Positions 29,422 through 37,957 of a stretch of 49,555 nucleotides of DNA are shown here, piece after piece (position 1 is the first letter of the stretch; every line of letters begins with the position of its first letter). The position numbers and the translations under genes were made by a program. The DNA lies in contig JBGCFM010000043.1 of the NCBI GenBank assembly GCA_045106895.1, positions 1 to 49,555 of the forward strand. Reading direction: 5' to 3'. The notes beneath the pieces are model-generated. The model searched no databases, was not told the origin of the DNA, and saw only the letters and a program-made list of their open reading frames with translations. Source of the DNA: Polyangiales bacterium. Its GTDB lineage: Bacteria > Myxococcota_A > Polyangia > Polyangiales > Houyiibacteriaceae.

Positions 29422-30105
29422 CTACTCGCTTTCTTCGTCGTCGTTGCTCGCTACAGGGGCGCTCTGGCCCATGAGCCCGCTCAACGATTCGAGCATCCCG
29501 GGATTCTCCGCGCTGGCCTTCTCCGCCATCGCCCGGGCGGAGTCCATGATGTCGCCGTCGCCGCTCTGCATTTTCTTCGCGACGTCTTCCATCATGCTGC
29601 GCATGCCGTCGTCCGCCATCAGTCCTTGGGCGAGTTGCGCGAGCTGACCCATCGCGTCGGGGTCGCTCATCATCTTTTGCATCTGACCCATCATGTCCGG
29701 GCCGAGCCCGGAGGCGAGGCCTTGAAACACTCCCATCGCATCGGCCGGGCCAACACCTTCGTCGTCTTCCGGCAGGTCGAGCCACTCGCCGCCTTCGCCG
29801 ACCTCTTCCAAGATGCCTGCGTAGGTGTCCGCTTCCGGCTTCGCGACGCTGGGGTAGACAAAGACGCGGCTCAGCTCCTCGATGAGCGCGCCGAAGTCCC
29901 GGCGTAGGAGGGTGCCCAGCGTCGCCGGCGGCGTATCGAAGCGCATTCCAAGGGCCACCTTGGTGCCTCCTTCGACGGGCGTCGCCCGGAGGGTTCGGCC
30001 GACGACGCGAAAGTGAATGGTCCCAGCTTCTTCGTGCTCGACACGCATCACATCGGTGAGCGCGTGGATAGAGATTGGAAGCAAAGCGATGGCGTCGATG
30101 GTCAT
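29422..30105 (-). CDS. Hypothetical protein with a Met/Gly-rich helical C-terminus (STI1-like)
   Basis: Coherent ORF; MMGQMQKMMSDPDAMGQLAQLAQGLM; TATGCT lies 7 nt upstream of ATG 30105. Confidence 0.72.
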   Translation of the reverse strand: MTIDAIALLPISIHALTDVMRVEHEEAGTIHFRVVGRTLRATPVEGGTKVALGMRFDTPPATLGTLLRRDFGALIEELSRVFVYPSVAKPEADTYAGILEEVGEGGEWLDLPEDDEGVGPADAMGVFQGLASGLGPDMMGQMQKMMSDPDAMGQLAQLAQGLMADDGMRSMMEDVAKKMQSGDGDIMDSARAMAEKASAENPGMLESLSGLMGQSAPVASNDDEESE

Positions 30106-30196
30106 GCGGGCGAGCATAGCGAAAAAGAAGCCGTCTGGCGTCGCTTGCTTGCGAAGGTTGGCGCGCCGCGCCAGCATGCGGCGGTGAGCGCCAAGA

Positions 30197-31096
30197 ATGA
30201 GTTCTGAGAGAGGGCTTGTTATCCGAGCCGCCGGCGGCTTCTACGATGTCTCGTTGCATGACACGAAGGAGATCCACCGGTGTCGTCTGCGCGGCCGGCT
30301 GAAGCAGCAGAAGCGACGCACCGATCTGATCGTTATCGGTGATGAGGTGCGCGTCGAGTTGGGCGACGAAGCCACCGTCGAAGAGATTTTCGAGCGGCGC
30401 TCGGTCTTCAGCCGCCGCCATCCGGGCCGTGGTGGGGAGCACAAAGAAGACGTCCTCGTGGCCAACTTGGAAGTCCTCTTCGCCGTCTTCTCCCACAGCA
30501 CGCCGCCCCTCCGGCCGCGTCTCCTGGATCGCTTCCTCGTTGTCGCGGAACACAACAACCTTGAAGCCGTCGTCATCGCTAACAAGCACGATGAGCGCAC
30601 CGAGGAGACGACGGAGATCTTCGCTAAGTACTCAGACCTCGGCTACTCCATCGTTGAAACCTGCGCGACGGACGGTTCGGACCTCGGCGCGCTTCGGGCG
30701 CGGCTCGACGGTCGCATCGCCGCTTTTGTGGGTCCGAGCGGAGTCGGAAAGAGCAGCCTCCTCAACGCCTTGGATGACACGCTCGCGCTTCGTGTGGGCG
30801 CCACCAGCGAGTCACACGGCAAAGGGCGCCACACGACGCGCGTCGCCACGCTACACACCCTCGCGGGAGGCTTTATCGCCGACACCCCAGGCATCCGCGA
30901 GCTCGGCGCGTGGGAGCTCGAAGCTGACGCCTTGGACCGCTGTTTCGTCGAAATGCGGCCCTTCCTTGGCCAGTGTGGGTTTGGCGATTGCGTTCACCAA
31001 CATGAGCCGCGTTGCGCGGTGAAGAAGCAGGTTGGTTACGCCATTCGCGAAGAGCGTTACGAGAGCTATTTGCGTCTCCTCGCTCCGGACGAATAG
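30197..31096 (+). CDS. rsgA: Ribosome small subunit-dependent GTPase A
   Basis: OB fold, circularly permuted G motifs NKHD, GPSGVGKSS, GRHTT, DTPG, and Zn finger CGFGDCVHQHEPRC. Confidence 0.96.
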   Translation: MSSERGLVIRAAGGFYDVSLHDTKEIHRCRLRGRLKQQKRRTDLIVIGDEVRVELGDEATVEEIFERRSVFSRRHPGRGGEHKEDVLVANLEVLFAVFSHSTPPLRPRLLDRFLVVAEHNNLEAVVIANKHDERTEETTEIFAKYSDLGYSIVETCATDGSDLGALRARLDGRIAAFVGPSGVGKSSLLNALDDTLALRVGATSESHGKGRHTTRVATLHTLAGGFIADTPGIRELGAWELEADALDRCFVEMRPFLGQCGFGDCVHQHEPRCAVKKQVGYAIREERYESYLRLLAPDE

Positions 31097-31234
31097 CGTC
31101 GATGTGAGTACATGTATGTGGGGCTCGAATACCCCATATTGGCCGTGTTGGCGCGGTGGGTTGAGACAGCCTGACGCGATCGCCGGGTGATTGCCCCGTC
31201 ACACCTTGGTATGATGAGTGCATCTCTTGGGGGG

Positions 31235-32701
31235 GTGAGGTCCGTCATCGCGCTCGTGTTGCTCTCGGCTTGCGCCGACGCCCCCGTTGTCGAACGCGAG
31301 CCACCCCCGGTTCCGCCCTCCGTGGTGGAGGACCCAACGAGCGTCGAGCTTATTGCGGACTGCCGCGCGCATGGCGAGGGCGAAGTCATGGGGACCTCTC
31401 CCGACGGCGATTTGTGGTTCTTGGATGGCGACAATGTACGTGTTGTGACCTCCGATGGGGTCGAGTCGACGTTCGCCCACCAGGTCCCCGGCACCATCAA
31501 CGCACTATCTCCGTGGAGCTCGGTGACGGCCATCGCCTCCACGGAAGGCGGGTTCTGGCGCCTCGACCCGGAAGGCCCCGCGTTCGTCTACGTGCCCGAA
31601 GAGATTCGCGGAGCTCATGTGTTTTGCGGAGACCCAGACCGCGATGGGCAGGTGGCTGTGGCGAACAGCACGGGGCTTTACGAGCGTCAGGCCGGCGAAT
31701 GGTTCTCGGTCTCGCGTAGCGAAGCGATGCGCTTTGAAGACGTGGACTGGGTGTCGGACCTCGACGGCGCTTGCCGCGGCCGTGGCGGCGCCGTCTGGAT
31801 CAGCGACCGATCCGCGGGTGAACGCCAAAACCTCTACCGTGTGGACGGCACTTCGCTCACCACCTACGAGCTCCCGGACGGAACCTCCGGCGACCCTCTT
31901 GTGGGCGCAGACTTTATCGCGGTGCCCGCCGGCGAGCGCCTGCTTTTCTCTTCGGAGCTTGGCCCGCTTCTCTCCGATTGGAGCGCCGTGGAGTTCGCCG
32001 CGGGCCCCATCGACGCTGCGGCGAGCGCTGGAGAATCCATCTGGGTCAGCGTGGGCGAACATTTGTATCGCTACGATGGTGACGATTGGACCGAAGCCGA
32101 CGTGGACATCGACGGCGAGGTCGCCGCCATTCACGCCCACTCCGCAGGAGGCGCATGGGTCGAGACGAGCGACGAGATCTGCCACGTCGCCTCCGGCGAC
32201 ATTATCCGTGTCCGCGGCCTGCGTCCTTTCGAGGTGTTTTTCAGCCCCACCTCGGACCTGCTCATTCAGACTCCGCACCTAGGGTCCCCCGAAATATCCG
32301 TGACTATCGACGGTGGCGAGGCGAGACCCGGAAGCGACGCCGAAGGTGGAACGCTCTTCGACGACTTGATGATGGGGCAGCCTGGCTGGCACACGCTCAA
32401 CGTTCGCCTCGACGGGGAACCTCAGCGTTCCATCGAATACCGAGTCGTCGCAGGTGACGTGAGTTTCAACCGAGATGTCGCCCCCATCGCGACGGAGTTC
32501 TGCGCGACGACGGCCTGCCACGGTGGAGGAGATGAGGCGGAGAGTATCCCCTTGCTGACCTTTGAGCAGTGGGTCGATGCAGCTTTTCAGGTCAATGAAC
32601 GCGTCGGACGAGGTACCATGCCTCAAGACGCACCCGACGCGTGGACGCCCAGCCATGCCACGACGCTTGTCGACTGGGTTCAAGGAGGGCGCCAACCATG
32701 A
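31235..32701 (+). CDS. Lipoprotein with beta-propeller-like region and C-terminal cytochrome c-like domain
   Basis: Lipobox LSAC (start GTG 31235; ATG 31211/31214 also possible). Repeated W-containing blades (GDLWF, GAVWI, SIWVS, GAWVE); C-terminal VSFNRDVAPI...CATTACH...TMP...WVQGG. Confidence 0.7.
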   Translation: MRSVIALVLLSACADAPVVEREPPPVPPSVVEDPTSVELIADCRAHGEGEVMGTSPDGDLWFLDGDNVRVVTSDGVESTFAHQVPGTINALSPWSSVTAIASTEGGFWRLDPEGPAFVYVPEEIRGAHVFCGDPDRDGQVAVANSTGLYERQAGEWFSVSRSEAMRFEDVDWVSDLDGACRGRGGAVWISDRSAGERQNLYRVDGTSLTTYELPDGTSGDPLVGADFIAVPAGERLLFSSELGPLLSDWSAVEFAAGPIDAAASAGESIWVSVGEHLYRYDGDDWTEADVDIDGEVAAIHAHSAGGAWVETSDEICHVASGDIIRVRGLRPFEVFFSPTSDLLIQTPHLGSPEISVTIDGGEARPGSDAEGGTLFDDLMMGQPGWHTLNVRLDGEPQRSIEYRVVAGDVSFNRDVAPIATEFCATTACHGGGDEAESIPLLTFEQWVDAAFQVNERVGRGTMPQDAPDAWTPSHATTLVDWVQGGRQP

Positions 32702-33378
32702 ATCACCGAATTCCGCTACGTCTCTTGTTGCTCGCGCTCTGCGTCCCCCTCGGCGCCATGAGCGCATGTGACGGGAGCATCGACGAGCTGCCGATGGATG
32801 AGATCACTCAGCCGGAGACGCCGGCGAACATCTCTGATCCTGTTCGGGACCCCGTAGGCCCCGCGGACCTTCCGCAGGGTCGCGCACTCCGACGCATGAG
32901 CGCGGCACAGTTCAACGCGTCGTTGACCGTGGCGACGGGACAAACCTGGCGTGACTACGAGACCTACGCAGCGGCTCTTGGGCGGGCTGACTTTGCGCAG
33001 GTGACGGAGGAGGGCGTCGAGTTCAACGTCACCTTTGAGAAGCTTGTGGAAGACGCCGCTCGTGTGACCTGTCGCGCTGCCGTCAGCGCCGATCAGGCTG
33101 AAGGCGTCGAGTCGCCGGTCATCCTTCGACACGTCACCAGCGTCGAGCGTGACCCCATCATGTTCCGCGCAAACCTCGAGTACCTGATGCTGCGCTTCCT
33201 TGGCTCGACGGACTTTGCCGCCGACGACGAGCGTCTCGCGCCGTGGATGACGCTCCTTCAAGCGCCCACCTTCGACGACGAGGGTACCGAAGCAGAGCTT
33301 ACAGATGAACTCATGGCTGAGCGCTGGACCGCCGTCTGCGTTGGCCTCGTCACTCACCCCGACTTCGTGTCCTACTAG
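32698..33378 (+). CDS. Lipoprotein with DUF1587-like and DUF1595/DUF1553-like segments
   Basis: SD AAGGAGG, ATGA overlap, lipobox MSAC; LRRMSAAQFNASL; C-terminal WTAVCVGLVTHPDFVSY. Confidence 0.65.
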   Translation: MNHRIPLRLLLLALCVPLGAMSACDGSIDELPMDEITQPETPANISDPVRDPVGPADLPQGRALRRMSAAQFNASLTVATGQTWRDYETYAAALGRADFAQVTEEGVEFNVTFEKLVEDAARVTCRAAVSADQAEGVESPVILRHVTSVERDPIMFRANLEYLMLRFLGSTDFAADDERLAPWMTLLQAPTFDDEGTEAELTDELMAERWTAVCVGLVTHPDFVSY

Positions 33379-33389
33379 GAGAATATGGG

Positions 33390-34736
33390 ATGCAGATAAA
33401 ACGACGAACTCTCTTCAAAGGTCTCGCCGGCGCTGCTGCGTTCGGGGCCGCCGCTCCTGCCATGCGGCTCTTTGCTGCTCCGCCGGAGAACATCCGCTTT
33501 GTTTCGTTCTACATGAACGGCGGCTGGGACATCCTTCAGGGCTTCGACGCGCGGCCCAATGGTCCGACCTACGAAGGGCTCAACCAGGGCTACAACCTTT
33601 TGCCGGAGGCCTATCGAACGCCCCTCAGCGTTGAACTCGGCGACCGAACGGTGCTCTGGGGCGCGGCGACGGCGTCGCTCACGCAGCCTGGTCCAAACGG
33701 CGAAATGCCTCACAAAGATCTGATGACGCTTTTCCGAAGCGTCAACATGAACACCGTCGCTCACGGTGCCGGGCGCGCGTATGTCAACACGTACCGCTCG
33801 CCCATCGGAGTCGTTCCGCGAGGCAGCAGCTTCGGGACGGTCATGTCCACGGGCGGCGCGCTCAACGAAGGGCTCATCCTTCCGAACGTGTCTATCGGAA
33901 TGCCAACGTTCAACGACGCATACCCCACGGACTACACGGGCGTTGGAACCTCCCTCGCATCCAATATCATCAACTTGTTCCGACCCGCGGCGGGGAGCCG
34001 TCTGGGCGATGAGACCGAGCTACTCCTCGCGGAGGCCCAGGATGCGACACGTAGCTGCGTCTCCCGGTCTTACCGTGGGCGAATCCCTGCGGACGAGTTG
34101 CGGAGCAGCCGAGACCGCGTCCGCCGACTCCTGGAAGACAACGTCGGGGACCTCTTCGATATTCGAGGGGACGGCGTCGCCGCCGTCGACCTGCGAACGC
34201 GTTATGGCCTCGACACCTCGCAAGCGGCGAACGCGCGGCATCCTTCCACCGTCGCTGCCATTGTAGGTCAGCTCTTGACGACGGGTCTGTCCCGCTCCGT
34301 GTCCGCCACCCTTCAGGTGGGCATGGACACGCACTCCACAAACTGGGCTGCGACGCAGCCGCAAAAGCTGCAGGCTGCTTTTGAGGGCCTAAGCGCTCTT
34401 CTCTGGGACCTTCGGCAGGACGACCCCATGCTCGAACGGACGGTCGTCACCATTCACTCTGAGTTTGGACGAACGCCGAAAATCAACGGCACTCAGGGAC
34501 GCGACCATTGGTTCGCGAACACCTTTGGTGTCTTCGGTGGACCTCTTCGTCGAGGCGTTTTGGGCGAGACCGTGGAGAGCACGCTCAATCTTCAGAAGAC
34601 AGACCTCTCGACGGGGCTTCCGAGCTCAAGTGGAGAGATGCTCAAGCCAGAGATGATTGCGGCGACCATCGCTGCGGCGATGGGCATCGACGCGTCGCCG
34701 TTCCGAACAAACCCTCTCGACGAGTGGATCGTTTGA
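33390..34736 (+). CDS. DUF1501 domain protein with twin-arginine (Tat) signal
   Basis: KRRTLFKG Tat-like signal; MNGGWD, MDTH, HSEFGRTPKING..GRDHW hallmarks; SD AGGAG. Confidence 0.85.
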   Translation: MQIKRRTLFKGLAGAAAFGAAAPAMRLFAAPPENIRFVSFYMNGGWDILQGFDARPNGPTYEGLNQGYNLLPEAYRTPLSVELGDRTVLWGAATASLTQPGPNGEMPHKDLMTLFRSVNMNTVAHGAGRAYVNTYRSPIGVVPRGSSFGTVMSTGGALNEGLILPNVSIGMPTFNDAYPTDYTGVGTSLASNIINLFRPAAGSRLGDETELLLAEAQDATRSCVSRSYRGRIPADELRSSRDRVRRLLEDNVGDLFDIRGDGVAAVDLRTRYGLDTSQAANARHPSTVAAIVGQLLTTGLSRSVSATLQVGMDTHSTNWAATQPQKLQAAFEGLSALLWDLRQDDPMLERTVVTIHSEFGRTPKINGTQGRDHWFANTFGVFGGPLRRGVLGETVESTLNLQKTDLSTGLPSSSGEMLKPEMIAATIAAAMGIDASPFRTNPLDEWIV

Positions 34737-36436
34737 TGAGTACCAAGCACACATTCACCGCGGCGTTGACCGCTCTTCTCCTCGCAGGCGGGTTCGCCTC
34801 GCTTCCGAGCGTGGAGGCACAAGACAGCTGCGCGCCCCAGGACGAGGGCGAAGTGCTCGAGAGCCACCGTCTCCTTCGCCAGCTCGCCCTCGACCTCCTG
34901 GGGCGCATTCCAACGATGGAAGAGTGGGAGATGCTCGATTCCGGAGCTGGCATCGATGAAACATTGTTGCCCGCGATGCTCGCCTCGGATGAGTACTTCG
35001 CGCAGGTCCGCGAACAGCACCGGGCGCTGCTATGGGGCAGCCTCGGCAACACCGACAATATTGGAAGCGGCTCGTTCTTGATGTCGCGCATCTCGCGCCG
35101 CGACACATGGCGTGCTCCGAACCTTCGACGCCGTTATCGCGGTACGTTTACCATCGAGTGTTTGGACCAGCCCCAGCCACCAGACCAATACGACGCGAAC
35201 GGCCGCCCGATTCCAATCACCGTCGTCAACGGCGAAGCCGCTCGCGCGATGGGCTGTGATCCTGCCGATGGGCCAAACGGATCTGAGCCTCACCAGTGCC
35301 GACAAGAAGGCACCGTGATGGTGGCTCCTTACTGGGACCCTGAAAACCCCATCGAGGTGTGCGCGTACGACGCCCAGGCTCTGACCCTCGACAGCAATGG
35401 AAACGCCTGCGACCTGAACAACACCAACGCCTGGTGTGGCTGTGGTCCCAACCTTCGTGAGTGCATCCCGTCGATGTCCTACGAACCTCAGAAGCTGATC
35501 CGTCGCGCCCTTGAGGAAGAGCCGGCGCGAATCTTTGAGAATGTCATCCGCGATGAACGCCCGTACATGGAGGCGTTCACCACCAACGAGACCTACGTGA
35601 ATGGCCGCTCCGCGCACTACTACCGGCATCAGAGCGGTCACTCCAACCCGCGTGCTGGCGGACCGATTACGTACAACCCCCTGATGCCGGACCTCCCGGA
35701 GATGCCTTTCACGGATGAAAACTGGGTTCGCGTAGAGCGGGCTGAAGGTCACTCCGGCGTTCTCACGACGATGTCCTTCCTCATGCGTTTCGCCTCCAAC
35801 CGGGGTCGCGCGAACCGCTTCTTCACTGCGTTCCGCTGCGAACCCTTCGTGCCTCCGAGCGAAGGTCTGCCCGAGGACACGAGCGAGCATCCAAACCCCA
35901 ACCTTCGCGAACGCGTTGGTTGCGACAGCTGTCACAACCGGCTCGAGCCCTTGGCTTCCCATTGGGGCCGGTGGCGCCAAAACGGAACGCACGGTTTCTT
36001 GGACGAAGCCGTCCTTCCCACCGCAGAGCCGGTGAGTAGCTGCGTTGAGTGTGGCGGTACCGCGGAAGATGGTACTCCACAGCGCAATTGTGCTGCGTTC
36101 TGCAACGCCTACTTTGTGACGGGCGCAAACTCGGACCCCGCGATGGTTGCGGAATGGGAAGGCTACCCGCTCGCTCGCGCGTGGTTGACGCATGACGAAA
36201 CCACGAACATTGAAGCGGGACCGAGCGGTCTCATCGACGACGCTGACGAGATCGCGCGCGTGGCGAGTTGCACTGTTCGCACCGTCGCACAGCGGCTCTT
36301 CGGGCGTGACCTGACTCAGGAAGAGTCCGTGGTGTGGGTTCCAGCGATGGCAGACTCGTTTGCCGCGAGCGACTACAACTACACGGCGCTTGTCCGCGAC
36401 ATTGTCGCCACGGACACCTACCGAAGCGTTCGCTAG
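34736..36436 (+). CDS. Secreted Cys-rich c-type heme protein with DUF1549-like, DUF1588-like and DUF1585-like segments
   Basis: Signal peptide ending VEA-Q; RLLRQLALDLLGRIPT; GVLTTMSFL...RGRAN...C; CDSCH..LEPL; C-terminal CTVRTVAQRLFGRDL...FAASDYNYTALVRDIV. TGATG overlap. Confidence 0.75.
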   Translation: MSTKHTFTAALTALLLAGGFASLPSVEAQDSCAPQDEGEVLESHRLLRQLALDLLGRIPTMEEWEMLDSGAGIDETLLPAMLASDEYFAQVREQHRALLWGSLGNTDNIGSGSFLMSRISRRDTWRAPNLRRRYRGTFTIECLDQPQPPDQYDANGRPIPITVVNGEAARAMGCDPADGPNGSEPHQCRQEGTVMVAPYWDPENPIEVCAYDAQALTLDSNGNACDLNNTNAWCGCGPNLRECIPSMSYEPQKLIRRALEEEPARIFENVIRDERPYMEAFTTNETYVNGRSAHYYRHQSGHSNPRAGGPITYNPLMPDLPEMPFTDENWVRVERAEGHSGVLTTMSFLMRFASNRGRANRFFTAFRCEPFVPPSEGLPEDTSEHPNPNLRERVGCDSCHNRLEPLASHWGRWRQNGTHGFLDEAVLPTAEPVSSCVECGGTAEDGTPQRNCAAFCNAYFVTGANSDPAMVAEWEGYPLARAWLTHDETTNIEAGPSGLIDDADEIARVASCTVRTVAQRLFGRDLTQEESVVWVPAMADSFAASDYNYTALVRDIVATDTYRSVR

Positions 36437-36486
36437 CTCGGTCTTGCCGCGTGCGAGTGGCGCGTTTTCGACGTATACGCCACTCC

Positions 36487-37863
36487 ATGAGCGATCGACT
36501 TCTTCAGCTTTCCGCAAACCCGCGCATGCGCGCGATGGTGAAAAGCCTCGGCTTGCCAATCCCGATGCCGTCGCCACTTTCGCGCGCGAAGGACCCCATC
36601 GAGGCGCGCCCTCTCGAAGACATGCGCATCGCCATCGCGGGAAACGGTGAGCTCGCACATCCTCTGGCAAACGGTCTCGCACGCGCAGGCGCGACGATGG
36701 TGCCCCTCTATGCGGCCGAAGAGTTCGAGGCCGCCGCCGAAGCATTTGCCCGACCTCTTGGCGAAGACGATGGGCCGCTCAACGGTCTCATCTTTGACGC
36801 GACGGGGTTCTCGCAGCCCTCCGACTTTCGGGGCATCTACGACTTCTTTCATGAGCGCGTCTCCCGCCTCGCGCGGAGCGGCCGAGTCGTCGTCGTCGGC
36901 CCCGCACGTCTTACAAGCACGGACATGGTCGCGTCTGGCCTCACCGGCTTCATTAAGAGCTTGGCCAAGGAGTTGGGTCGGCGTGGCAGCACGGCAAACC
37001 TCATCCTCGCACCGAAGGGGATCGGTGCGCACGTCGAGGGCTCACTCCGCTTCTTCGCGAGCCGCCGCTCGGCGTTCGTGACCGGCCAGGTGCTTGAGCT
37101 GTCGCCTTCCAAAGGCGCCGCTCCTCGCGAGTTTACGCGCTCTCTCGATCAGAAGGTCGCCCTCGTCACCGGCGCCGCCCGCGGCATTGGGGAGGCGTGC
37201 GCGCGTCGCTTGGCGCAAGAGGGCGCTCACGTGGTCTGCCTCGACCGGCCCGGGGAGGACCGACTGTTTAAGGTCGCGGCGGACTGTGGCTCTGCGCTGC
37301 ACGTGGACGTCTGCGATGAAGACGCCCTCGACGCGATCCACGACGCCTTGGGCGAGCGTGGCGTGGACATCGTCGTGCACAACGCCGGCGTCACGCGTGA
37401 CCGTACCCTCGCGAAGATGAAGTCAGAGAACTGGGACCTCGTCTTCGATGTGAACCTCGACGCACCGGTTTCACTGACGAACGGGCTCATGGAGAGCAAA
37501 GCGCTCCGCGCGGGAGGGCGCGTCATTGCCCTCTCGAGTGTGTCGGGCATCGCTGGGAATATGGGTCAGACAAACTACGCGGCGTCGAAAGCCGCGCTCG
37601 CGGGATGGGTTCGCGGAAACGCTAGCGCCCTCGGGCGCCGGCGAATCACCCTCAACGCGATTGCACCGGGATTCATCGAGACGCGAATGACCGAGGCGAT
37701 GCCAACGGCGATTCGCGAAGTCGCACGACGCCTCTCTGCGCTTTCCCAAGGAGGCGCTCCATCGGACGTCGCGGACGCCGTCACATTCCTCGCGACGCCC
37801 GCGGCGGCCGCCGTGAGTGGCCGACTCCTCCGGGTGTGTGGCGGAGCTTTTGTCGGGGCTTAG
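36487..37863 (+). CDS. High-molecular-weight 3-oxoacyl-ACP/CoA reductase (FabG4-like)
   Basis: N-terminal LGLPIPMPSPLSR and flavodoxin-like domain; TGAARGIG, HNAGVTRDRTL, GNMGQTNYAASK. Confidence 0.9.
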   Translation: MSDRLLQLSANPRMRAMVKSLGLPIPMPSPLSRAKDPIEARPLEDMRIAIAGNGELAHPLANGLARAGATMVPLYAAEEFEAAAEAFARPLGEDDGPLNGLIFDATGFSQPSDFRGIYDFFHERVSRLARSGRVVVVGPARLTSTDMVASGLTGFIKSLAKELGRRGSTANLILAPKGIGAHVEGSLRFFASRRSAFVTGQVLELSPSKGAAPREFTRSLDQKVALVTGAARGIGEACARRLAQEGAHVVCLDRPGEDRLFKVAADCGSALHVDVCDEDALDAIHDALGERGVDIVVHNAGVTRDRTLAKMKSENWDLVFDVNLDAPVSLTNGLMESKALRAGGRVIALSSVSGIAGNMGQTNYAASKAALAGWVRGNASALGRRRITLNAIAPGFIETRMTEAMPTAIREVARRLSALSQGGAPSDVADAVTFLATPAAAAVSGRLLRVCGGAFVGA

Positions 37864-37957
37864 ATACGTCGCAAATGAGTCCGCAGAGCAGCGGCATGTG
37901 ACAGACCGGTCTCCTTCGGCGCCTTTACAGAGCCGGTGATTTCGAACAAGAAGTCTC

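Noticed and set aside
31109..31139. TACATGTA palindrome and a small ATGTGGGG/CCCCATAT hairpin upstream of the DUF1501 operon
   Set aside because: Too short to distinguish from chance and not assignable to a regulator.
35030..36745. 571-aa antisense ORF (and similar long ORFs at 29018-30589, 38273-39631, 2228-3553, 20325-21395, 21944-22999, 41239-42258)
   Set aside because: Shadow ORFs overlapping well-supported genes. They have no recognisable motifs and are expected in high-GC DNA with few stop codons.
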